A DNA stretch of 64,000 nucleotides, taken from the NCBI RefSeq assembly GCF_009914755.1, contig NC_060928.1, one strand, 5' to 3'. The notes beneath the pieces are model-generated. The model saw nothing but the letters and a program-made list of their open reading frames with translations. It was not told the origin of the DNA and did no database searches. The position numbers and the translations under genes are program-made. This document shows positions 29,908 through 45,439 of the stretch, piece after piece. Source of the stretch: the human T2T-CHM13v2.0 reference genome, Homo sapiens. Position 1 is the first letter of the stretch; every line of letters begins with the position of its first letter.

Positions 29908-31028
29908 AAGAAGATAACATTGGAAAACCCTTCTAGACACTGGCGTATGCAAGGATTTCATGATCAGGAACCTGAAAGCAAATTCAATAAAAACAAAGAT
30001 AAATAGTTGAGACCTAATTAAACTAAAGAGCTTTTGCATGGCAAAAGGACTGTCAGCAGAGTAAACAGACAACCCACAGAGTGGGAGAAAACCTTCACAG
30101 TCTGTACACCTGACAAAGTACTAATATCCAGAATCTAAAACGAACTCAAACAAATCAGCAAGAAAAAACAACCAGTCCTATCAAAAAGTGGGCTAAGGAC
30201 ATGAATAGATAATTCTCTAAAGAAAATATTCAATTGGCCAACAAACAAATGAAAAAAATGCTCAACATCAGGGAAATGCAAATCAAAACCACAATGTGAT
30301 ACCACCTTACTCCTGCAAGAATGGCCATAATAAAAAATAAAAAAAACAGTAGATGTTGGCATGAATTTGGTGAACATGGAACACTTCTACACTGCTGGTG
30401 GAATTGTAAACTGGTACAGCCACTATGAAAAACAATATGAAGTTTCCTTAAAGAACTAAAAGTAGAACTACCATTTGATCCAGCAATCCTACTACCGAGT
30501 AGCTACCCAGAGGGAAAGAAGTCATTATTCGAAAAAGATACTTGCTCACACATGTTTATAGTGGCACAATTTACAATAGCAAAATCATGGAACCAACCCA
30601 AATGCCCATCAATCAATGAATGGATAAAGAAACTGTGATATATATATATACACACACACACACACAATGGAATACTACTCATCCATAAAAAAGAATGAAT
30701 TAACAGCCTTTGCAGTGACCTAGATGAGATTGGAGACTATTTTTCTAAGTAAAGTAACTCAGGAATGGAAAATCAAACATCACATGTTCTCAATGATATG
30801 TGAGAGCTAAGCTATGAGGATGCAAAGGCATATGAATGATACAATGGATTTTGGGGACCTTAGGGGAAGGGTGCAAGAGGGGTGAGGGATGAAAGACTAC
30901 AAATATGTTTCAGTGTATACTGCTCGGGTGATGGGTGGACCAAAATCTCACAAATCATCACTAAAGAACTTATGTAGCCAAATACCACCTGTACCTAATA
31001 ACTTATGCAAAATCTATAAATAAATAAA
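29908..31028 (+). mobile_element. 5'-truncated L1PB1-type LINE inserted in L1M ORF2
   Basis: Closely resembles the reverse complement of 13640-15030 (same 3' UTR type); host L1M resumes at aataaacaatctaat. Confidence 0.88.
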
Positions 31029-32329
31029 AATAAACAATCTAATATAACACTTCAAAGAACTAGAAAAACAAACTAAGCCCAAAGTTAGCAGAAGAAAGTA
31101 AATAACAAAGATCAGAAATAAGTTAATTAAAGACTAGACAAACAATAGAAAAGACTAATGAAACTGAGAGTTGTCTTCTTTTAATAATAAAACAAAATTG
31201 ACAAAACTTTGGCTAGGCTAATTCAGTAAAAATAGAGAAGACTCAAATAAATGAAATCAGAAATAAAAGATGATCTATTATAATTGATAGCACAGAAATA
31301 CAAAGGATCATAAGAAAATACTATAAGCAGTTATATACCAAAAAAACTGGATAACCTAGAAGAAATGGATAAATACCTAGAAACATATAACCTACCAAGA
31401 CTAAATCATGAAGAAATAGACAATCTAAGTAGACCAATAACCAGTAAGGAGATCGAGTTAGTAATAAAATGTTTCCCATCAGAGAAAAACTCAGGACTGG
31501 ATGGCTTTTCTGGTTAATTATACCAAACATTTAAAGAAGAAATACCAGTTCTTCTTGAATTCTTCCTAAAAATTGAAAAGGAGGCAATATTTCCAAACTC
31601 ATTTTACAAGTTCAGCACCCTGATACCAAAGTCAAAGCCACCACAAGAAAAGAAAACTATAGGTCAATATCCCTGATGAATACAGATGCAAAATCCTCAA
31701 AATAATACTAGCAAATAAAATCCAAAAGCACATTAAAAAGCTCATTTACCATGACCAAGTAGGATTTATCCCTGGGATACTAGGATTGTTTAACACACAC
31801 AAATCTATAAAACACAGGGGAAAACTTTACAGAATTGGTCTGGGCAATACTTTCTTGGATATGACCTTAAAGGCACAGGCAACAAAAGCAAAAATAGACA
31901 AATGGAATCACATCAAACCAAAAATTTTTTACATAGCAAAGAAAATAATAAACAGAGTAAAAAGACAATCCATCGAGTGGGAGAATATATTTACAAACCA
32001 CGTATTTGATAAGTGGTGAATATTCACATGTATAAAAACTGAGTCAACTTAATAGCAAGAAAAATGTGATTTAAAAATGGGCAAATAACTTGAAAAGAAA
32101 TTTCTCAAAAGAAGACATAAAAATGGCCAAAGCGTTCATGAAAAAAAATGTTCAACATCATTAATCATCAGATAAATGCAAATTAAAAACACAATGAGAT
32201 ATCACCTCACACCTTTTTAAAAAAGAAAGAAATTCTGTCATTTGTGACAATATGGATAAACCTGAAGGACAATATCCTAAGTGAAATAAGCCAGAAAGAC
32301 TAATACTGCCTGCTTCGACTTGGGGAACG

Positions 32330-32930
32330 GGGAGGCTGTACATAGTTACTTTCTTCCAAAAAGTAAAATATGGAAAGGGGAGAAGTGAAAAAAAAAAAAA
32401 AAAAAAGGCCTGAAAAACATTACCCCAGCTACAAGATCAAGGTTACCATCAATGGTAATAAGTCACATTGATTTCATGTGCTCCTGATATGATGAGTGTA
32501 AAATTTTATCTCTGTGATCTTCCTCCACAAAACTCATAGCCCCGGGCTTACCATGAGAAAAACAACACACAAATCCCAATTGAAGGAAATTCTACAAAAT
32601 ATCTGACTGTTACTCCTCAAAAGGTCATTAAAAACAAGGAAAATCTGAGGAAATGTTATGGCCCAGAGGAGCCTACAGAGACATCATGACTAAATATGAT
32701 GTCCTGGATGACATTCTGGAACAAAAAAAAGAGATATTAGGTAAAGGAAATCTGATGAAACTATGGGCTTTAGTTAATGTGCTGATTGGTTCATAACTTG
32801 TGACAAGTGTTCTATACTAATGCAAGATACTGACAATAGGGGACACTGATGTAGGGTATATAGGAACTCTGTAATATCCTCAACTTTTCTGCAAATTTAA
32901 AACTATTCTAAAATAAAAACCATATTTTAA
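32330..32930 (+). mobile_element. L1MC3/L1MD-type 3' UTR
   Basis: gatcaaggttaccatcaatggtaataagtca...ggaactctgtaatatc...ctattctaaaataaaaa. Confidence 0.75.
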
Positions 32931-33374
32931 AAAGTAAATATTCACTCAGTCTCTTTTTGGTGAAGGACAACTTCTAGTTCTAAGTCCTGAAGTAACCACA
33001 CCTATTTCAATGGAAGACATGCAGACTGCAACTGCTGCAAAAAGCTCAACTATCCCAAAGCATCAAGAATTTTCTATTATTGAATACTCAAGAATGAGAA
33101 ATTGAGGATAGTTTTGTGCTATAATTTCACTGGACTTTGAACTCACAAGAATAAGAGTTCATAATGGCTTTGAACTTTCATAGAACTTGAATTTCACTTA
33201 AATTTAGGGAATCTCTAGGCATTGGCATTTCATTGTCATTTTCATTTTTCATAGTCTTATTGCAGAACTGTGATGAGTGATGTAGCCTGGGAATAACTTG
33301 GAATTGAAAGTACAATAGGGCGTGAATTCTTGGCTTTGATATAGAGTGACGTTGGATTTAGCATAATTAATGTG

Positions 33375-33720
33375 CAGTCATGTGTCACAATAACAGGGAT
33401 ACATTCTGAGAAATGCATCATTAGGTGATTTTGTCATTGTGCAAACATTACAAAGCACACTTACACAAGCCTAGATGGTACAGCCTACTACAGCCTGATA
33501 GCTATATGGTATAGCCTATTGCTCCTAGGCTTCAATCTGGTACCTCCTGTTACTCTACTGAATACTGTAGGTAACTGTAACACAAGGATAAGCATATTTG
33601 TGTCTAAACATAGAAAAGACACAATAAAAATACAATATAAAATGTTTATAAATGGTACATCGTATAGAGCACTTACCATGATTGCAGGACTAAAAGTTGT
33701 TCTGGTGCGTTGGTGAGTCA
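33375..33720 (+). mobile_element. Tigger3 (Golem/MER7) fragment
   Basis: cagtcatgtgtcacaataacagggatacattctgagaaatgcatcattaggtgatttt...cctagatggtacagcctactac. Confidence 0.85.
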
Positions 33721-33849
33721 GGAGTAGAGAAGTTTTTATATTCTATTTTTCTAGTGCATTAAAGAAAAGAGAGGTTTAAAAATCAGTTAAGTCACCACTT
33801 AAAAAACTCAGTAGATATCTCTTTTCCTTCACCCACATATTTGATCCCC

Positions 33850-34290
33850 AACCAAGTTGTGCCAGCTTGGCTTGAAATATATAAATTATATCTTAAATTG
33901 ATACAGTTATTTCCAGTATTTCTGCCACTGCCCTAATAGAATTCATTATCATCTTTCCCTTGGAAATTGTATAGTCTCCAAACTGAACGTGTTAGTTTTT
34001 CTTGCTATACATGGAGTATTTGTGTGTGCAAAGCAATCTCAAAATCATGTTGAAGAGTTGGGGTCAGGAAGTCTTCCCAGAAAGTGATATTTTATATCAG
34101 TTTTGAAGGATCAACAGGATTTGGCCAGGCAGAAAATATACGAAAAATATTTCATGAAGAAAAATGTGAGCAAAGACTCACAGATAACAAGATATAAGGC
34201 AAGAGTGGCCAGGTAGAATCTCAAGGACTGTGTGGGTGGCGACCCATCTGGGATTATTAGAGAGGCATTGTAGGCAATGAAGAAATTTGA
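33850..34290. mobile_element. Two diverged L2 fragments (+ ~33850-33990; - ~34050-34290)
   Basis: ctgccactgccctaat...atcatctttcccttgga, and ggtcaggaagtcttcccagaaagtgatattt...ttgaagga. Confidence 0.45.
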
Positions 34291-34836
34291 TTTAAATTGG
34301 AAATACAATATTTTGAAGTCTGAATTATTCTAGTTATTATATTTTTCCCACACTGTTGGAAAATGATAAATAGAAAATTCCAATTTAAGTAAGATTGTGG
34401 TTATTTAGAAATGTAAGTTTCTTCACTTAGATTTGCCTCATATTCTTTTGTTCTCAAATGCACAAACATTTCTCCTTCCTTTAATGAATCACTGGCCCTG
34501 CAAAAGACAGAGGAACTGTATATACTTGAACAGCAACCAACCTTTAATTCTCTACATATCAGCTTTTGGGAAGGGATAAAGGGATATTTTACCCACGTTG
34601 GCTTTAAAGGACTGTTCTTCATAGTAAGTCACTACAGTAAGAACAGTAATTTGGTACCATGGTAATGAAGAGGGAAAAGGTGGGGGGTGGGGGTGGAAAG
34701 CTTGACATTTCTTAACAGAAAAATGTCTTCCTAAATAACTAAAATGTCAAAAGTGCCATAGTCTCTGACTATTGCTGGAATTCTTGGTGCATTTAACATG
34801 AAAGTGCAAAGAGAGAACTAAGAAGTCCTCCTAGAT

Positions 34837-35052
34837 CTGTGGTTTTCAAATGTCATAGATTTTGCTCCCCCACCCCCATCCACCCAGGGAACATTTGACG
34901 ATGTCCGGAGATATTCTCAGTTACCCAGGGGATGCTACTGTCATCTAGTAGGTAAAAGACAGAGATGCTGATAAACATACTGCAAGATAAAAGCAGCCTC
35001 TCATCACAAAGGATTATCCAGCACACGACAGTGTTACATTTCAGAATCTCTG
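34837..35052 (+). mobile_element. MER20 (hAT-Charlie MITE)
   Basis: ctgtggttttcaa...gattttgctcccc...ggaacatttgacgatgtccggaga...gatgctactgtcatctagt; 8-bp TSD-like tcctagat/ttccagat. Confidence 0.85.
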
Positions 35053-35529
35053 TTCCAGATCACACCTTCCGTTTGCAGTTGGTGAATAAGATGCACAGAG
35101 ACAGCGTGGAGACCAAAGTATCAACAGCAGGAGAGATGTGAGACTCCCTCCCTGCCTCATCTGCTCAACATTTTATGCCCCTAACAAGTCATGCAATCAA
35201 ACTACTGGATCCAAACAGCAGAAAAGACATGGCTCTTACAAGAATCCTACTGGTGTAGGAAATCAAGGATATCAATCAACATGATCATTAACTTCCTTTT
35301 ATGGAGATGGTAAATCTCACTGCTTTTTCTTCATGGAAGAAAAAAAATAAGAAGAAAGTGCTCTGATTTCAGGAGCAAGATATAGTCAAGGTTTTTCTTA
35401 AATTAAGTTTCTCGCAAAAAACCAAACAACTCTGAGAATATGGGGTTTTCTTCTGAGATATAAATAAAATTCATACGAGCCTTGGAGAATTTGAATCACC
35501 CACTCTTTGGCACCTAAAATTTCACTTGG

Positions 35530-36082
35530 CCGAACAGCATCTGTAGTGTGTTTCTTAAAAACGCTAATCAGATCTTATCATTCCCTTACTTAAAACTTGC
35601 CAGTAGCAAGTTATTGGAATCCCAATAAACCCCTGATTCTTTTATCAGTGCCCGCAGTACCCTACTGAATCCAGGTCTTCTCACCATTTTGACCTTATCT
35701 CCTTTGCCACAGAAGTTTGAACGTATTCTTCCCGCTCAAGAAAATGCTGTTTCCCCAGAGAATTTCATGTTTGGCTCCTTCTCATCATTCATTCAGGCGT
35801 TGGAAAAATGTCACCTCTTCAGACAAAAGAATTACCATATTTAAGGAAAGCCACTCTTATGATGTATTATTGTACTTGTTTGTTAATTCTCTTCATAATG
35901 CTAAGAAAATCTATAGTTATTTCATTTATGCCTTGTTGACTTACTTTTTTCTCTTACTGGAATGTAATTTCCAAGAGGGTAAAACTGCTTCTTGTCAAGT
36001 GCTATATTTCATAGCATTTATAACAGCCTGTGAAACTCAGTGGAACTCAACAGGTTTGGGAAGTGTGTGAATAAATTAATTC
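35530..36082 (+). mobile_element. L2 3' region
   Basis: aatcagatcttatcattcccttacttaaaac...ctggaatgtaatttccaagaggg...gtgaataaattaa. Confidence 0.7.
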
Positions 36083-36339
36083 AATAACTGAGAAAAGGGG
36101 AAGAGACTTTATTGTGAGATGTCAGGGAGAAAAATTTTTTTAAAGAATAAATAAGGGTCAGAATAAGTTGTATTTCCAGGAACAAGAATAATCACATGAA
36201 GGGTTAAGGATGATCTCATCAAGACAGATGTCCATAAGGAGTCAGTCCTGAGACTGCAGTCTGACCCAAGCACTACTTAAATTTGAACAAAAAACAGTGA
36301 AAATAATCTTACTGTTACATCAAGATCTCCTGCAGTTCT

Positions 36340-36515
36340 GTAACTTTGGTTCTGTTATTATCTGTAACTGACTTGGGTTCCTCCCTTGTGAACTGAAGTA
36401 ACATAAATACTTACCACAGGAATCATTGTTAGGATTAAATTGGATGTCAAACATAGGAGTCTTATTCCAAAGCCAGGCACATAGAGTTCAATAATTGTAG
36501 TCATAATTATTAGTT
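36340..36515 (+). mobile_element. MIR
   Basis: ttgttaggattaaat...gccaggcacatagagttcaataa MIR 3' half. Confidence 0.6.
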
Positions 36516-37217
36516 AGTGATATGATTTATTAATGGTTTATTGCTGTCTTTCATTTAATTATTATCAATAACAAAGAAAAAAATTGAAGAACCCAGAAGG
36601 ATTTGTTGTGGCTGTTTCAAAAATAGCAGAATAGAGAAAAGTTAGAGTCTGGCACACTGCTCCAAGCAGAGCCCAAGTGGAATATAACACAGATGGAAGC
36701 CTTGATGATGATAGCAGGGAGGAAGCAGACAGGAGAAACCCTGAGGCTGTAGGAGGGAAGAGAGAGGAAGGAACATCATGCACCCCTGGAGGTTTCTTGC
36801 CCACTGAGGAGTAAAGAGCCTGGCCTAGAGTTGTGAAGGCTGTGGATGAAAAAGGAGAGAAGACACTGAATTTGAGAAACTTTGCAGGGAAAACAATAAC
36901 CAAAATTTGGAGCTAGCTTTATTTTTGAGACTGAAAAAATAAGTGACTAAAAGATGAAGTTAAACACACTGCAAAGGTTTGAAATATAAAAGTATTTTGT
37001 TTTTTCTAGTTCTTTCTTGAACTTTTCAATTTATTGATACACTTTTATCTTCAGATCACAAGTGTTTTCTCTATCTCTTCATTGTAGCTTTCCTTCTCTC
37101 CTCCCCATACCTTTTCCCTTCACTCTGTCCCTTTCTATTTGTAGATTTTTCGGGTTTTGTTTTGTTTTGTTGGTCTATTCTTTGTCTTTTTGACATTTTG
37201 AAGATGTTCTCAGATGG

Positions 37218-39301
37218 TGATATAGTTTGGTTCTGTGTCCCCACCCAAATCTCATCTTTAATTGTAGCTTCCATAATTCCCACATGTTCTGGGAAGGACC
37301 CAGTGGGAGATAATTGAATCATGGGGGAGATTGGTTTTGTTTCTGTTACAGTCTGTAACTGACTTGGGTTCCTCCCTTGTGAACTGTAGAGTTGGGTGCT
37401 GTTGTAAAGATATCCAAAAATGTGGAAGTGACTTTGGAACTGGGTAACAGGCAGAGGTTGGAATATTTTGAAGGGCTCAGAAGAAGGCAGGAAAATATGG
37501 GAGAGTTTGGAACTTCCTAGAGACTTGTTGAATGGCTTTGGTCAAAATGCTGATAATGATATGGACAATGGAATTCAGGCTTCAGTGCTTTCACATGGAG
37601 ATGAGGAACTTGTTGGGAACTGGAGTAAAGGTGACTCTTGCTATGTTTTAGCAAAGAGACTGGCAGCATTTTGTCCCTGCCCTAGAAATTTGTGGAACTT
37701 AAAACTTGAGGAAGATGATTTAGGATATCTGGTGAAAGAAATTTCTAAGCAGCAAAGCATTCCAGAGGTGACTTTGGTGCTGTTAAAACCATTGAGTTTT
37801 AAAAGGGAAACAGAGCATAAAAGTTTGGAAAATTTGCAGCTAAACAAACAAACAAAAAACATTTCTGAGGAGAAATTCAAGCCAGCTGCAGAAATTTGCA
37901 TAAGTAACGAGAAGCCAAATGTTAGTTGCCAAGACAATAGGGAAAATGTCTCCAGGGCATGTCAGAGACATTTGAGGCAGGCCCTCTCATCACAGGCCCA
38001 GAGGCGTAGGAGGGAAAAATGGTTTCATGGGCAGGGCTCAGGGTCCCCCTGCTGTGTGCAGCTTAGGGACTTGGTGTCTTGTGTCCAAGCCACTCTAACT
38101 ATGACTAAAAAGTGCCAAAGTACAGCTTGGGTTGTGCTCCAGAGGGTGCAAGCCCCAAGCCTTGGCACTTTCCAAGTGGTATTGAAACTGTGGGTGAACA
38201 AAAGTCAAGAATTAACGTTTGGGAACCTATGCCTAGATTTCAGAGGATGTATGGAAACATCTGGGTGCCCAGGAAGAAGTTTGCTAAAGGAAGAGTGACC
38301 TCCTGGAGAACCTCTGTTAGGGCAGTGCAAAAGGGAAATGTGGGGTTGAAGCCTCCACACAGAGTCCCCACTGCGGCACTGCCTAGTGGAGCTGTGAGAA
38401 GAGGGCCACCATCCTTCAGACCCCAGAGTGGTAGATCCACCAACAGCTTGCACCATGTACCTGGAAAAGCCACAGACACTCAACACCAGCCCAGGAAAGC
38501 AGCTGGGAGGGAGGGTGTACCCTGAAAAGTCACAGAGGTGGAGCTGCCCAAGACCATGGGAACCCACCTCTTATATCAGTGCACCCTGGAGATGAAACAT
38601 GGAGTCAAAGGAGATCATTTTGGAGCTTTAAGATTTGGCTGCCCTGTTGGATTTTGGACTTGCATGGGGTCTGTAGCCCCTTTGTTTTGGTAAATTTCTT
38701 CCATTTGGAATGGCTGTATTTACCCAATGCCTGTACCCATATTGTATCTAGGAAGTAATAACTTGCTTTTGATTTTACAGGCTCATAGGCAGAAGGGACT
38801 TGCCTTGTCTCAGATAAGACTTTGGACTGTGCACTTTTGAGTTAATCCTTAAATGAGTTAAGACTTCAAGGCACTGTTGGGAAGGCATGATTGGTTTTGA
38901 AATATGAGGACATGAGATTTGGGATGTGCCGGGGATGGAATAATATGGTTTGGCCCTGTGTTCCCACCCAAATCTCATCTTAAATTATAGCTCCCATAAT
39001 TCCCACATGTTGTGGGAGTATCTCCAGTGGGAGATAATTGAATCATGAGAGTGGTTTCCCCCATACTGTTCTCATGAAAGTGAATGGGTCTCATGAGATC
39101 TGATGGTTTTATATTTTCCACTTTCACTTCTCTCTCATTCTCTCTTGTCTGCCGCCACGTAAGGTGTGCTTTTCACCTTCCACCATCACTGTGAGGCCTC
39201 CCCAGCTGTATGGAACTGTGAGTCAATTAAACCTCTTTTTCTTTATAAATTACTCAGTCTCTGGTATGTCTTTATCAGCAGTGTGAAAATGAACTAACAC
39301 A
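37218..39301 (+). mobile_element. THE1C-type MaLR provirus: truncated 5' LTR (37218-37327), internal region, intact 3' LTR (38941-39301)
   Basis: Perfect 5-bp TSD gatgg (37213-37217, 39302-39306); THE1 LTR and THE1-int sequence. Confidence 0.93.
37468..38525 (+). pseudogene. THE1-internal gag-like ORF remnant (276-aa open stretch, then frameshift)
   Basis: KIWESLELPRDLLNGF...DEELVGNWSKGDSCYVLAKRLAAFCPCPRNLW typical of MaLR internal ORF; TTG start. Confidence 0.75.
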
Positions 39302-39370
39302 GATGGTCTCCATGGGGAGTTACTAAAGTCAGAGCCACATTCCCACTCTAATGCCTTTCTAACAGCACTT

Positions 39371-41583
<2,213 letters not shown>

Positions 41584-41683
41584 TAAGATACTTCTAACAT
41601 GAGATTCATGGATCCATAGGATTAAAATAATTAATCCTCTTTGCTTCAAAATAGTCATGAGACCACAAGTATCTCCCACCCGG

Positions 41684-41785
41684 TTGTAAATAACTTGAAA
41701 GTAAGAACTTGTGGTGTTTGCTTTCCATCCCCAGTGCTAAGTATCCTGTCTGGCATATTGCCAGTGTCTAATAAATGAATATGTT
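41684..41785 (+). mobile_element. L2 3' tail
   Basis: catccccagtgctaagtatcctgtctggcatat...tctaataaatgaat. Confidence 0.55.
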
Positions 41786-42266
41786 AATATTACGTAAATA
41801 AGTAGTATTTGTTTATTTTCAAAATAATATCTACTAAAGAATCCAATACATTGGTAGAAATAAGGGACAGAACAATGATGTTGTGGTCTACCTATGTGAT
41901 ATATCCCCTTCCTATGGCCTTCTAGCTCTCCAGTGAAGATTCTGAGTTGATGAAATGCCTAGGCAGATCTTTTTTAGAGGCAAGTGAGAGAGCTAACAAG
42001 TGGAGATCCCAGTGACATTTGCATTACTGATTTGTGTATGGCAAATAAACAGTGAAACAGCACCCAAACTCCTGAGGAAAATTAATAAATTAATATTTTA
42101 AAACTTTTTTATTCATTGATCTCTAGGGTTAGAATATACTTTCAAACACTAGTTTTGAAAATGAATATTGTTAATTTTTTGAAAAATAAGTTGACAAATT
42201 ATGTATTTAATATGTAAAATTCTTTGACCAGAAAATTCTACTTTTAGAAATCTAACTTAAGCAATT

Positions 42267-42455
42267 GGGAGGGGAAACCCAATAGTAATAACAAAAGGGG
42301 TGGAAGAAAACTTTGGGAAGTGATAGATATGTTTATGGCCTTGATGGTGGTGATACTTTCATGGGTGTATACTTATCACCAGATTTACAGATATGTATAC
42401 ATTAAATATGTACAGCTTTTATATGTCATTCATACTTTAATAAAGTGGCTAGAAA
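42267..42455 (+). mobile_element. Short L1MC-type 3' end
   Basis: aaactttgggaagtgatagatatgtttatggccttgatggtggtga...ttaataaagtgg; flanked by taagcaatt at 42258-42266 and 42456-42464. Confidence 0.7.
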
Positions 42456-42849
42456 TAAGCAATTAAATATAAATCAATTTTTATTTAAAATGTTAAAAAT
42501 TGAGGATACCTAAATATTTTACTTTAGAATTATAATTAAATATATGTTCTGCATCATATAACATGTAGTAATTATAAAAAATGTTTATAAAAGGCATTTA
42601 ATGACAGAAAAATGTATATTACTTAAAAGTAATAAAAAAGAATAAACATATAATTATATATTCATTTTGAGCCATTTACATATATATAAATGTGTACATG
42701 TGTACACATTTCTCTACTTTCTAAATCATATATAATAAGAAGCAAGAAGGAGAAACGGAGGACAAAATACTTTAAATAGACTCATTTCTGGTCTCTATCA
42801 ATTTAACTAATTATAAAAATGACGGGTGGCCCTAGTATCATGGTTGCAA

Positions 42850-44833
42850 CTCGCAACCACATCATGGTTTTTAATATCTTCCCAAGAAGAAATAAGGTTG
42901 ACCTACGATTGGATCAGGAAGTGTATGAGATGAGCTTAGAGTGTCTTGTAGTGCCACAAAGTAAGAAAGTGCTAAAAATGAAAACACAAACAAAAGACAC
43001 ATTAATGGATATATGTTAAAGTGACACAAAAGTCAATTGAAAGATCCCAATAGCTAAAGCTGGAACAATTTGAGCCATAAAAGAAAATAGTATCGAATTA
43101 TATGCCAAAGCATAAAATAAATATTAATGAGCCCATACTCACATAAATAAATGATTGAATAAATAAAAGAACTGGGGAGAGGAGTCAGATGTCTCTTATA
43201 GAAAAATTTCCATTCTGTAGGTTGTCTGTTTATAACATGGGAGAAAATGTTTGCCAACTATGCATCCAACAAAGGTCTAATATCCAGAATCTATGAGGAA
43301 CTTAATTCAAGAAGCAATAATCAAATAACCCCATTAAAAAGGGGCAAAGGATATGAATAGACACTTTTCAGAAGAAGACATACGAGTGGCCAAAAAATAA
43401 ATGAAAAACTCCCCATCATCATTATATCATCAGAGAAATGTAAGTTAAAACCACAATGAGATACTGTCTTACACTGGTCTAAATAGTTATTACTAAAAAG
43501 TCAAAAAACAACAGATGCTGATGAGGCTGTGGAGAAAGGGGAATATTTATAAACTCTTGGTGGGAACGTAAATTACTTCAGTCACTGTGGAAAGCAGTTT
43601 GGAGATTTCTCAAAAAACTTAAAACAGAGATACGATTTGACCAAGCAATCCCATTAGTGAGTATATGCTTAAAAGAAAATAGATCACTATGCCTAAAATA
43701 CACATGCACTCATCTGTTCATCACCATGCTATTCAAAATAGCAAAGATAGGGAATCAACCTAGGAGCCCATCAATGGTGGATTGGATAAAGAGAATGTGG
43801 TACATATAGGCCATGGAATATTATGCAGCCATTAAAAAGAATAAAATCATGTCCTTTGCAGCAACTCGATTGGAGCCGAAGACCATAATCAAGAGCATAT
43901 TAACTGCAGTATAACAGAAAACCAAATGCTGTATGTTCTCATTTATAAGTGGAAGCTAAACATTGAGCACACATGAACATAAACAGGAGAACAATGGACA
44001 CTGCAGCCTGCTGGGGACAGAAGAGGAGAAGGCTAGAAAAACTACCTATTGGGTACTATGCACTACCTGTGGGCAATATACCTGTGTACCAAACCTGCAT
44101 ATGTACCCCCTGTATCTAAAATAAAAGTTGACAATTTAAAAAAAAGAAATATTCTAAATAATTATGTATCTCAGCCTTCAGGAGGGGCAGCATAAATCTG
44201 TAGTCCTTAGATGCAGGTCTTGCATTGTAACTTCCTTTCAAAGAGAACAATATGGTAAGAGGGAAAAAAAGGGCAACTTTCTAGTGAACAAACTTGACAA
44301 ATGCTCCCTCATTTAAATGATTATGGTCAGTATTAATGGAGAAAAATCATGGTGATAGCATGTGCCCTTGATGTATTGTGATACAAATCATACCTTTTTG
44401 GCCTTCCTCCCAGAAAACCATAATCCCATTCTAATGAGGAGAAACGCATCAGACAAATTTTAATAGAGGAACATCCTACAAAATAGCTGAGCAGTACTCC
44501 CCAAAACTATCAAGGTCATCAAAACAAAGCAAGTTTGAGACACTGTCATAACCATGAAGTTCTTAAGGAGACAAGATAAGTGAATGTGATTTGATATCTT
44601 GGATGGAATCCTGGAACAGAAAAAGACATTAGCTTAAAAACTAAGGAAATGTGAATAAACTATGGACTTTAGATAGTAATAATATATCAATATTGGCTTA
44701 TTACTTTAAAAATGTACCATCCAAATGTAAGATGGCAATGGACAAAACTGAATATAGAGGGTCTATGGGAACTCTGAATTACCTTCCTCAATATTTCTGT
44801 AAGTCTAAAACTACTCTAAAAATGTCTATTAAA
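42850..44833 (+). mobile_element. L1MC3/L1MD-type 3' UTR split by L1PA15/16 and followed by AluY
   Basis: gatgagcttagagtgtcttgtagtgcca...ctggaacaatttgagc; resumes at 44154; ggaactctg...ttctgtaagtctaaaact. Confidence 0.75.
43209..44144 (+). mobile_element. 5'-truncated L1PA15/16-like LINE with 24-bp 5' inversion
   Basis: 3' end aaaactacctattgggtactatgc...cccctgtatctaaaataaaagttg; TSD agaaaaatt (43200-43208) / agaaatatt (44145-44153). Confidence 0.85.
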
Positions 44834-45185
<352 letters not shown>

Positions 45186-45439
45186 TCAAGTGTGATGCAT
45201 CTTGAAAGAATAACCTTCCATATATCCTTTCTTAGAAAAAAGAATGCTCTGCTGACTAAAGCTTGGCAAAAAAGAAAGAGGCAAAATGGAATTCAAGAAA
45301 AAGGATACAACGAAGTGATGGCATAAGAAAAATCCTAAGATAAATTCTGAGTACCCAACATAGACAGCATCCACCCCAGACCTGCTTCCTCACTGCCTAC
45401 TCCTTCCAAGTCTCATTTGGTAGTTCCTCCTCATCAATT

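Noticed and set aside
31795-31830. Internal L1M deletion as a spliced-L1 junction
   Set aside because: The junction does not reproduce a clean GT-AG splice product; A-rich microhomology deletion is the simpler explanation.
34672-34697. G-rich run as a G-quadruplex
   Set aside because: Short, irregular G-tracts with no promoter context; weak support.
36565-36903. 112-aa minus-strand ORF
   Set aside because: Antisense reading of purine-rich, probably L2-derived sequence; no recognisable domain.
37468-38298. Longest ORF (276 aa) as a novel gene
   Set aside because: It is the ordinary THE1-internal ORF remnant, with a TTG start, a frameshift and a deleted upstream LTR promoter; no sign of domestication.
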